Origin: Camelus dromedarius | Taxonomy: Eukaryota | Reading direction: 5' to 3' | Length of the DNA stretch: 64,000 nucleotides | NCBI RefSeq assembly: GCF_036321535.1 | Contig: NC_087437.1 | Coordinates: 40,054,001 to 40,118,000 of the forward strand | Notes under the pieces: generated by a model | The model's input: only the letters and a program-made list of their open reading frames with translations | Databases searched by the model: none | What the model was told of the DNA's origin: nothing | Position numbers and translations under genes: made by a program | Shown here: positions 1-11,686 of the stretch, one piece after another | How the letters are laid out: the number at the start of each line of letters is the position of its first letter | Numbering within the stretch: the stretch's first letter is position 1

Positions 1-323
1 TGTTCCTGGTTACTATGATCTAAAAATCATCAAAATGCTCTTTTATAAGAGTGTCTCCTATGCTTTGATGTCCAAGAAGCTGGGGGCCCTTTTTTATGTG
101 CTTATTTTCTTTTGAACCAGGAAATTGTGTTTTGCCAAGAGCAAATGGAACTTGAGCCTCAAAAGATTTGAGTTCTGTTTGAAACGTAGTATCCACAAAT
201 TCTCGGCAAGTTTGCAACTTGACAAAATACACGCTCTCACCTTCCCTCAGACCAAATCTCTCTTGGCTCTATTTTAAATCATAGTTAACAAAATCCTAGA
301 TGCCTAAGAATTACTCCAGGAGA

Positions 324-397
324 AAAAAGAGCTACACGACCAAACAGAAATTCTGACAAAAAAAAGAGCTACATGACCAAACAGAAATTCTGACAAA
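324..397. repeat. 37-bp tandem duplication (2 copies)
   Basis: aaaaagagctacaYgaccaaacagaaattctgacaaa at 324-360 and 361-397, with one C/T difference. Confidence 0.95.
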
Positions 398-2254
398 ACT
401 CCGTTCCGGGTTGGATTCATGATCAAAATGCTACCCAATGTAAGAGAAGATGAGAGACGTTAGATGGGTAAGAGAGAGAGAAAAGGGAGAGAGAGATAGG
501 CTAAGTGACACGTTCTTTGACTTTCCCCAGGACCAAATCCAGCAAGCAAGATATTACATCAAAGTTAAATTGTTTACATATTGGGTGAACTGTCCGGTTT
601 TTTTTCCTTACCATTGATTTCCACAGTACAAAAATATTATTTCAGTGGCAAGGATGTAAACCTTATTCATAACAGGATTTCAACCACATCCTGAGAACGA
701 AGCATCTCTTCAGATAGTGTGCCCTCATTTATATTGAAAGCATGCTGGTTTTATTTGTCAGTGTTTGTTGAGGGGGTCACAATATCAGGAAGCAGGAGAT
801 GGTTCATCAAAGCGTCTCTGCAAGCCCCCACTACTCATCAATTAGACAGTGCCTTGTTTTTAACATCAGGACGGAAATGCATCTCCTATGACCCATTGTT
901 AGAAGCTTCCTTCTGTCTTTAAGTTTTTTGGAAGGAGCACTTAGGACTCGACTTCTTTTTTCCAATAGGTAATTGTCACTAATTAATGCTCCTGTTGTAT
1001 TCAAGAATGTGGACCTGTGACCCTGAGTAATCTGGGCCTGCATCTCTGGCCTTGGAGCAAGGACACTGTAATCTCCTGACACTACCCACGGGGCCCGGGT
1101 CACAGACACAAGGCTTCCCGCTGGGTTCCTGAGCAGGCCTCTGCTTCAAAGCCTGTGAGTTCAGTGGAGCAGCCTGACTTCAAGGACAATGTGGCATCTG
1201 GCCAGTGACTGCAGTCTGCGGTGAGGAGAAGGTCTCTTCTCTGAAGGTGTAGAGCATTTTCTGCAGAAGCCAGGGCCTCTAGGTGTATTCATTCCACATC
1301 CATCCGCTGGGCTCCTGCTCTGTGCCAGGCTCTCTCCCAGGCACTGAGGGGGAAATGAATAAAGCAGAGTACCTGGTGGCAAGGAACTAAGGTGAAGTTC
1401 AGCCCCTCATTAAATATCCTTCTAAGTATAACTAGACAAGTAGGTTTTAGTTTCCTTTTTAGAGCTAATGGGATAGGAAAAGAAAAATGGTGCTTGTAAT
1501 CTTTTTACTTATAAAAACTGATGAACTCACATATCCATGAATTCAGCTCATTCCTCCATGATTCGTCATTTACTTTCCCTTCTCTTCCCTATCTCTCCTT
1601 TCCCTTAATGTCAGTCTCTCTCTCACACACACATACATACACACAAACTAAAGCACAGGAATTTCTGATGAGCATATATTCACAATGGCTTCAGGAAAGG
1701 GAGAGAGAGATGTATCTATGTACACACTCCCATAACCCTCAGTGAAAGACTAGATTTTAAGGATGCCCATCCAATAGTCCTCTTTCACTTAAAGAGGGCT
1801 TTATGTTTCCTCTAGCAGTAAATCTTCCTCCTAAATCAAGGCCAGGAGCTACTCTTGTGCATAAACACCCTTGGATTAATTTCAAATCAATAAAAGCAAT
1901 ATAAACAAATGCCCAATGTTTAAAAAAGAAAAAGGAAACTCTACACCTCACAATAGATAAACAAAAGGCTTGGTGCTTATTGTATAAAAGAGTCTTCACA
2001 TTACCCATGTTGGATTCCTTTGGATAACTCTTTCCCATGTTTCTTTTCAAATGTTTATAGCAATTTGATTTCCACAGTTCAAGAGCACATGACTGCTTGA
2101 GAAGGACAGGACAAGCATGTATTCACACAGCCCAAAATGATAGAGACCAGTCTGCCAGCTAATAAGCAGTCCGTGTCTCACACTTCTCTTTGGTTTGTAC
2201 CAATGTTTGCAACCACTTTGGAGAGACAGCCCAGCACAGTGCCTGGGAAGACTC

Positions 2255-2410
2255 AAGTTGGGCTGCTAAGTTCAAATCTTTCTCCTCCTGTGAATTTGGC
2301 AAGTTATCCAACCTCTCTGTGCCTCAATTTTCCTATCTGTAAAATGGGGGTTAATAACCATACATCTCTACAGTTTTCAGAAAGTTTCTGGCCCATAGTG
2401 TAAGCACTAT
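2255..2410 (+). mobile_element. MIR SINE
   Basis: ggcaagttatccaacctctctgtgcctcaattttcctatctgtaaaatgggg MIR core. Confidence 0.8.
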
Positions 2411-4404
2411 ACATGTGTTTATAAAAGACATCATCTTGCACAAATATCTGAACTTATCTAAACAAAAGAAAGGCAGGCTAGAGATGTATTAGGAAGAGTT
2501 GTGACCTTGGCTTAACTTTCTCAATATGCCTTTTATCACCATGTTCAGGGCTCCCCTAGCCAACTATAAAGTTAACACAACAACCCCTGTCTTATTCATC
2601 ATAGTGTTCCCCTATTTGGCCCTAGATAGTGCTTATATATAGGAAGCTCATGATAATATGAGCTGGATGAACAAACACATGAGTTTGCTTCTTTATTTCA
2701 AGGCTTAATTAAAAGTTATTTCTACTAGCATTTTTATCACAAGTACTATTGAGATTACTAGTATATTAGTGGTAAAATGTTTGCTTCATTAATCTGTTTG
2801 GGAAGTGTATAATGAACTCAGTAAGCCTTGTACAGCTTTTACCACTTGCTAAAAATAAGTAAACATCCATAAAATCACCCCCCACACACACAGCCGGACA
2901 ACTATCCACAGAGATAGACTACTTCATCCCGGTGTGCTCATAATCCAGTTGCTTCTGGAAATCTCAATTTCAGGGAACATAATTTAATAGCTAGGAGACA
3001 TTCCACTGGCATCTTAAAAGATGAAGTTAGGGTTTGTTTGGTTTTTTTTTTTTTTTTTTTTTGGTTTTTGATTTTTGGTGGTTTTTTTTTTTTCCAATTG
3101 CAACTCAAACAACGAATCCTCCAAAGTTGGTTACATTTGCTCTCCAAAAGTGCTGAGTTAAACTTTGTTCTTGAAAGTAAATACAAGCCTTTCTTGGACT
3201 AGATACCATCAACTTTAATTATACTTTTCTCACATAAATGTTAATCAAGAACTAAACAGATAATTTCCTTCTGTCACACAGCAATTCCACTGCAATGGAA
3301 CAAGTGTTATCTTAAGTTTCACAGAGCAATTGTTCAATAATTCCTGTCGGTGGCTCCTTTCCAAATCTTCTAGAATGGCCCGGGCTGCTAGCCCTTGAAG
3401 CTGGAGGGGGTTGAGCTAGTGAGAGGGAAATTGCTGTCAGTCAAGAGCTCAGCGTCCTGGTGCACTCGCTAGTTCTCCCCCAGACCAACTCCTGCTCACA
3501 AGGCCAACACCCGAAGCATGCTGTTTGATGACAATTACTAAGAAACCTCTAAACCTTGAAAATGTACAAAGGAAGCTTGGTGGCAGCACAGAAAGCTTCA
3601 TGTCATCCTGGTTCGTTGAATTAAATTATTAGGAAGTTTGGAGAAGATGAGATAGGGAGCTTAGAGAAAGAAATTCATTCCTCGAAGCTAAAAGCAGCAC
3701 CAACATCAGTCCCTTCGCAAGTTCAAAGAATTCTGCATCAACGCAAGAAAATACTGTTCCAAACTACACTACCCAAACCCTGCTTCAAAAAAAAAGTCAT
3801 TTACAAAGCTGTCCTTTAGAGTTAGGCCAATTAATATTTTTAGGTAGACTGCCCAAAGAAGGAGGAAAACTCTGATAAGTGTTTTCCCACCAACTTCATC
3901 ATACAAGATGAAATAAGTGTGTTGAATCTCAGGTGCACAGAGCCTTGAGCCCATCTGGGACACCAATCTGCTTGTGACACTATTCAGTGAATTTCAGAAC
4001 TGAGAATAGAATAGCCTGAAGTTAATAATCAGTTCTCTATTCTCCAACTCCTTTTGAAGTTTGGGGACCTATGATCCAACAGAAAGTATGGTTGGGTCCC
4101 TATTTTATTTACATGTTATTACCCTTCCCCCAATTCTAGCAGCAATCAATCAAACCCAATATATTTTCTGAAGATGTGGGAGTGGCTTTTCCCCCACCTC
4201 ACAAAAAAGTCCAGAACTTTTCAATTAAAAGACAAAGACAAATAGGGAAAATGTTAACAGAGGCCAAACTATGGGTAATTTTCTATGTATTTCTGTATTT
4301 TTTATAATCTTTATGATGAAAATGAATTGTTCACATAATGAGTATATGTATGTTTGTGAGTGTGGATGTGCATGGGGTGAGGTTTATCTTTGTGACCTGA
4401 CTTC

Positions 4405-4550
4405 AATGTTTACACAAATCACCTGTGCATCTTGTTAAAAATACAGGTTCTGATTCAGTAGGTGTGGAGTGGGCCTAACAGTCTGCATTTCTAACAGACT
4501 CCCAAGTGATGCTCTGTTGCTTGTCCACAGACTACACTTTGAGTAGCAAG
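4405..4550. mobile_element. MER5A-like hAT-Charlie MITE
   Basis: aatcacctg...ttctgattcagtaggtgtggagtgggcc...tctgcatttctaacagactccca...cacactttgagtagca. Confidence 0.8.
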
Positions 4551-7500
4551 AGTGTGGGCTCACTGGATTAAAATCTAAGGTTAATAAACTTGACCCCAAA
4601 ATTGCAGAGGCAATAATCAAAGACAGAATTCAAGAAAAACTGGAATGGCTTACAGAATATTATTGATATTTCTCTTCTTTGAACAACTTTGTTCTGTAAA
4701 GATGAGACTTGTCCGCCCACGCCATGCAGGCCAGAGTGTAGTGGCTAGTGGGAGGAGCAGGACTATGAATGGGACAGATTTCATACACACTCTGGTTCTA
4801 GCCTAAAAATGGGCAGCCCACGTGACAGCAAAGGCTAGGCTGACCATTTAGAATCATGCAGAGGGTTTCAAACCCTGAAATGCTGAACCTTGCCTGGCCC
4901 TGGAACTCTTCTCAGAACCACTCTCTCCCCTCTCCTGAATGGCTTTTCACACTCTCAGCCTTGCCCCTCGCCCGCCCGTCAGCTCCACTGCACTGGGCTC
5001 TTTCCAAACTCTCTCTTCCATAGTGCTCCTAGCTCCACAGCCCCAGGCTTTTCTTCTCTACTTCCTAAATCTTTAATTCCTGATCAGTACCGTCAAAATG
5101 AGAAAATGATTTCATGGCTATCATCTCACTTAGTTTTTATAGTACGCCTATGGCAGATTATGAATCCCCTTTTAGAAATGAAGAAATTTCAACACAGAAC
5201 CAATAAGAGATTTGCCTAAGAAGGTCCCACAAATAGGTGACAAGACCAGTCTGAAACACACACACACACTTCCCAGTATCTTGTTTACTCAACTTGCCCT
5301 TCAGGTCTGGGCTAAAGCAACCCTTCCTCAGGTACAGAGTGCAGTGTGGACACTGTGATGAGTTGGGTAACTTCAGATTTCACCTTGAGAGAACCTGAGG
5401 GCATTAAGGGCAAGAAAGGAGATTGAAGCAGGCATGGGGAGCCCTCCTCAGGTGTGGCCTGGTCTTAGTACCACACTCACATGCATCATCTCATCATCCA
5501 ACAGGAAAAGGGAGTCATCGAAGACGTTCGGGCATCAACCAGCATCAGGACGATTGCAGAGCAGGAGTGAGGGGGAGCTAGAAGTAGAGACCAAGGGAGC
5601 AAGGAGACCAGACTGTATTTCAAGGCGGCCCATTCACCTTTCAAATAATCTGTCAACTTCTACCAGTCACTACTTCAGTTCACTTTTTCAAAAACAGAAC
5701 GGATAAAATACAGGGGATAGCACTAGGTCATTAAACAGCAACTAAATAAACTACAGCCTAGCTTATACCCACTGGAATGTAACTGACCTAAAAACATCAG
5801 AATAATTCTGGCTTCATCATGTTAATTTTCATTTTGTTTCCCCACTGCATGTGAGACCTATATTAAATTAAATATTTAAATTAAATATTTGCTCAGTGAA
5901 TATTAGTAATGAAAAATAAATGAGCATTTCTCACAAAAGAGAAGGAACTCTAACACAAACCATACAGTAGGCTCAAGTATTTTAGTCAAAAGCCACTGTC
6001 CCCTCAGAGGAAGAAGGGCTGTTTCTTCCACTTAACAGCAGAATTTTCTTAAAGCCGGTAATTTCTCACCAAACAGAAAAAAATAATAATAAAACTAAAA
6101 TAAAGAAAAAAATCCACTCTCTAGTTAAGAGAATCAGCTCTAAAAGCCAAACCAGATCTGAACCAGCAAGGGCTCCTAGCCTGCAAAATATAGTGGCATT
6201 TTCACAGTTAATTTTGCTGCCATTTGTGCCTGAATTTATCGTGGTTTAGAAAAAGTAAATAGCGAGGCGAACGCAGCCCTGGCTCAGGAGTCCACCAGCG
6301 GCAGCGCATCCCCAGTCGGGTCGGATATTTAGTGCCTCTGTGCCAAGAAGGCCGAGGAGAGAGCCAGGGGAGGGATTACTGCTCCATGCTGCCCATAAAT
6401 CACCCAAGCACTTCACACAGTTCCCCATCTCACAAATAAGGCTGGGCTGGCAACGTGTCACCGTGGCACAAAAGGCAGGAGAGACCCGGGTGCCTTTGGC
6501 CTGACTGGTCCTTCCCCTCCTGCGGGCTGATGAAACAGGAAGCCCCCCAAGGTTTGCTCTCCCTCGTCTTCCCTCACCTTTCCGCCCTCACTCTGCCTGG
6601 GGAGGAGATTGGGCATTAGGGATCTCATGGCTTTAGCCAAGCCGGGTCACCACCAACCCCCAACACCAAAGTCACTTCTCACTTGATACTTAGGCAACAC
6701 AGCCCTCACCTTTGCTGACTAACCTTCACCCCAGCTAAAGGCAATAAATCAAGGGGACCCTCCAGCCTCAGGTGTCTAGTGGTGACCAAACATCCTGGCA
6801 GCCCTGCTCGCCCCTTCCTGCCCAAGAGTTTTCAGAATATGAAAATCTGGGGGTTTTTTAATGTTCATAAAATCGAACTGGCTTTCCCTTTTAAAAACCT
6901 GCATAAACATCTAGGGGGTGCTGGTCATCCAAGTACAGAGGATGGGAACTGTTGGACCCAAAGGCTACAGTGAAAAACAGCACCCTGGTGTCCCCCACCG
7001 GGGAACCAGCCCTTCATGTCCTAAGACAGTCATCAACACGATTCCTGAAAACAATAGCAGCTTCTTGTTTAAAATGGAACTGCACCTGCTAGAATAACGT
7101 GTCAACAAACAATTGCTTTGTTTTTCATATTAGCCATCCAGGCTGAAGCAATGGGACTTCCTGAAGTGAATACTGGAAGACTTATTCTTAGAAGGGGACA
7201 GAATTCTCATTTTAACACAAGGCTCAGAGGGCCCAAATGATGGTCATCTTCCTTCCTTCTTTTGTACTCCCCAGTGTTCATCTTACATGGTTTTCAACAG
7301 GTTTGTTTCCATTGCAACCCTCTAGCTTCCAACGCCCAGAGCGCCATATTTGGCAAGTGCACTCATTTCTGCTTCCTATCTGTGGACGATGAAGGCCTTT
7401 AATTGCTGCTCCACCATTTCAAACAGTTCTCAGAAGATGGCCCCTCCTCTGTTGAAAGAGTTGGGATAAAGCCTGATGAAAAATTCTTTGCCAAAGGTTC

Positions 7501-10500
7501 AGTCATTGCTAAATCATTCTGCTCTTTCAATTTCGCAGTCTAATTACGACGTCTGCTTCCAGCTTTTCTATTGCCATTTGATGCTGGTCTGTTGATCCAG
7601 TTGGGACACTTAAAAGGAGTTATTCTGATAGAATAAGGTGCTTGGTTGTGATTAAGTGTTTTAAGTGATTCGGCCAAGGTTGTCTCCAAGGGCTCAGGAA
7701 GTAACCACAGCCAAAACACCCTCGTGGGGGGGAATATGAAAGGTTAAGTACACCCATTATTACCTTTATCAAGGTGCAGCCAGACACCAAGCTCATGGGA
7801 GCAGGCAAAGGTTCCAGTCTCCTACACCATAGATCCTGGTGCAGCCAAGGCCAGTGGTAAGTATTTAACAAGGACTTGAGATCTAGCTTTTCTTTTTTCT
7901 AGTGTCTTTGTTTTCTCTTCTGTAAAACAGAAGGAGATAGAACACTAAACACAATGACTTGATGCTATCTTGAAAATTAAAAAGTAACATGAAAAAATGT
8001 GGCCTAGTATAGGACAAAGGGTTCAGAGCTTAAAGTCTGCAGTCAAAATGCTGTGTGATCTTGGGAAAGTCACCCCACCTCTCTGAGCCTCAAATTCTAA
8101 ATCACTGAACGGATGCTGTGAGCTAGCTGCTTTCTAAATTCCCTTTCAGCTTAAAAAGCCTAGGATATCTACTCTAGCTAAAGATCCAGCCTTGTAAAGG
8201 AGTTAAAATAGATAAAATAGTCCAGCCTATCAGGTAGTATTGAGGAATTTTCATATTAATTTGAAACTTCACTCCATTTCACATTTCCTTACTCCTTAAT
8301 TGAGGATGTACTTAAGTTCTCAGTACCTTAGTTTCCTAATTGATTGAATGGGCATATTAATAGCATCCACCTCAAAGAACTGTTGTGACAACCAAGTGTA
8401 TTAACACACATAAGCTCTTAGAACAGTGCTTGGCATGTAAGAGGTACTCCATAAAAGTTAGCCATCAACAGTCACAATAGTAGTAGTTGTTGTAGAATAG
8501 CTATGTGATTCATCTGATTGTTTATAAATGTTTTTGAAAAATAAACAGTCTTAGATAGGACTTGTTTACTGTGTCCTCAAATTGCTTATACATAGGTGTC
8601 TAGAGTATCTGCAGGGCTCAATCTGCCGTGCCACTGTCGACCACCATTACTTTGGCATTGGCATGTCGGATAAGACTGACAAGAGATGGGACATTGGCCA
8701 TCAAGTTTAAAAGCTAACAATTTGTGCTCCAAATTTGCACTCCAAACCCTCATACTAAATATTTTGAGCTGTCACACAAATTCCCACAGATTGACCCCTT
8801 CCACAAAAAAGGGCCTGCACAGCTTCTGCCAATAGCCAGTACATTCTTAAAAGAAAGGGGTTGGACTAACCTAACTTCCAACCTCTATGTATCTGAGGCC
8901 TGGCTTACTTGTGGGCCATATGCCACAAAGAGGTTATCTTCAGACTAAGCAAAAGTAGACAGCTCTGTGATTGATACTGTTTGAGCACCCACCCCAATAC
9001 ATCTCATAAAACATATCAGCTTCCGCCTATGCACAGATTATATCACCGTATTCTGGAGACATTTTTGTCAGAATGAGTAAGTTAGCTAAATACCAGTGGG
9101 AGTTAGTTAATCTGATTAAATGACTATTACCTTTCATTTACGGAGCTCCTAGTGTGTGCCTGGCACTGTGCTGGCTCCAGAGTTTCAAAGATAAGATCAA
9201 ACTCCCATAAAGCCAAGCCTCCTCTTGAGGACTCTCAGACAGTGAAACGGAGTGGTTAAGAGCACAGGCTCTGGGGTCAGGCTGCCGGGTCATTGTCACC
9301 AAAAGGAAGAATGGCAGGTAATTCATAAAAAAACCTTTTCACTTCACAGTCTTTTCCCAATTCAGCTCTGCTTCCAGATGGAGATTGTTTACTGAGCCAA
9401 ACACCAGATGAAAAGAGTAAGTCAGAACTCGTGAAATCCAGAACCCTCCTTTCGCATATATCTGTGGCACAGAGACGCGGGACAGGAGCTTCAGGAAGCC
9501 TGGATCGTTGAGATTTGTCAGGTCACAAGGCAGTTTGGACAGGAAGCCCCTTACATGGGATCTTCATTACTAGGTGGCCTGGTCAACATAGTCCTCATTA
9601 GCTGCATTCTCAACACCTGGCCATTCTAGAGTGACCCTAGAAAAGCCACATATAAGTCCAGATGACCACTGATGGTTTGTGCAAACAAACAAAAATAATA
9701 ACTGAAACTGTGTGAGAGTTACAACACCCCACAACTGCCCTTGTTCATATGTTCTAATTCAGTGTGCTTTCTTACTAAATGATAATGCTTCCTAATAGTA
9801 GGATTAAGTTTTATTGAAGAATGAGAACTTTCTAAAACTACACGATTTTCATTGAGTGAGCAATTAATTCTAGGAGTTTGATGATTTACATAAAAATCAA
9901 ATACCAGCAACAACCCAGATTCTCACCCAATAGAAAATACAGATGAATGAACTTTTTGTTGAAATATTTTTTATTGGAGGGTTTGTGGTTTGTATTTTCT
10001 AGACACATATACATTGAATTAGGATGATTTGTGGCCATTTACACGTTCATAAAATTTTATTCTCCTCTTCTTATCTCTTTGCCTTTTAAAAAATCATCTA
10101 GAAACACAACAAAATAAAACAAAGACACCAATTTTTAGACAGAAAAAATGCTGTGTCTCCTAAAACACAAATGGGCACTGTGCACTCACACGCAATTCCT
10201 CTGGCCTTTCCTTTAGTGTAACAAAAAGATTATTCCTTGACATATTTCCCACCTCCTTTCTTTATGCCTCCTTGTTCTTTCCCAAGCTGCTCATTCCAAC
10301 ACTGCCTTTAACTCTGATGACTCTTATTAAACACGACTACTTAATTACCATCAATCTATTATGCTATGTACTTCACCTCCACTGACACATCTGATCCCAT
10401 TATGTGCCTGACCTTTAACGGTCATCGAATCAAAGTCATTCCGGTCAGTTCAGTCTGGGCCTGACACATGCCCAGGTCACAGAGTTGAAGGCACAGAGGC

Positions 10501-11527
10501 CGGGCAGACCACGTGACCCTGCCCTTCACTTAACACCTTTGTCAATAGAATTTCACAACTGGGAAACTGCCAGATTTCTGCCTGGCTTGAATAAAATGCC
10601 CCTCTTTTTACAGAAAGCTGAAATATATAATTACACACAAGAGGACCGGCACTGGCTTTTATATAATTGGTGCCTCTCCACCAGTCTGACATGCTGCCCT
10701 CTTTGATGTTCGTGTAGAAAAGCCTTTGGTTGGAAAGTGAGAAAGGATGAGGCAGCCCTCTGGAAGATGCCAAGCACACCACCTCAGCAGAGAGTCCCTG
10801 AAAGACATCCCCACGAAAGGTAACTGAAGGAGAATTGCCTCAGAAACACCACCAGGGGGTGGCCCCTTCCAGGGGAAGGTGAAGCCATGGAAGAGTCTCA
10901 GCTCCCAGACTTGGGTGCCACCCTCTGAAAGGAGCAGCTGTTGGGCTGCTCTTCCCCAAGGCCACTGCTGAAAACACCCCCAACCTAATGAGACAGCCAC
11001 TTGTAAAGGAGCCTCTTTCGGCTGTTGAGGCCTGGTCATTGTTACTCAGCCCTAGGCCTTTCCTGGTGGTAAACATGGCACTGTTTTCCCAGACCCAACA
11101 TGGGCCCTCCCATGAGGTAGCCAGACACACTGTCTGGTGTGCACAAACATTTCGACTTCTGACTGGACAGCTCACCCTGGCAGTGTCTTCCCCTGGCTTT
11201 ACTTTACTAATGAGCGTGTGTTTTTACCAGCCCCTCTGGGAAAACAGCCCTGCTTTATGGCAACTTGTCCCTGACAAGGAATTTCCCATCGAGATTGAAA
11301 TCTCCGACCATCCCCAAAGCTCCCAACCCTTCTGAATTTCAGAGCTCGGGGATGAGGACACTCTTCCTTGAAAAGGACTGGCTTTTCAGGAAGCAAGATT
11401 GCGGTTTCTTTCCGGCCTTGATGAACGAAAGCCCACGCAGCGTCACCAATGGCAATCACAAATGTTTGGCGTGTAACAAATTAACAGTGGAGTTATTTCT
11501 TAGAAAAGCAATATTTTCACTTAGATC

Positions 11528-11686
11528 CTCTTTTTAGATTTTTTTATTGAGTTATAGTCAGTTTACAATGTTGTGTCAATTTCTAGTGTAGAGCACAATT
11601 TTTCAGTTATACATGAATATATATATATTCATTGTCGCATTCTTTTTCGCTGTGAGCTACCACAAGATCTTGTATATATTTCCCTG
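11528..11686 (-). mobile_element. Short 5'-truncated L1 3' end (lineage-specific)
   Basis: Homologous to the 3' end of the L1 at 30.4-30.55 kb (gacacaacattgtaaactgactata...aataaa). TSD tcacttagatc at 11517-11527 and 11687-11697. Confidence 0.85.

Noticed and set aside
324..397. 37-bp direct repeats as a CRISPR-like array
   Set aside because: Two abutting copies with no spacer, in mammalian DNA.
9188..9200. AAGATAAGAT EVI1-like motif
   Set aside because: Isolated short match inside apparent L2-derived sequence; not distinguishable from chance.
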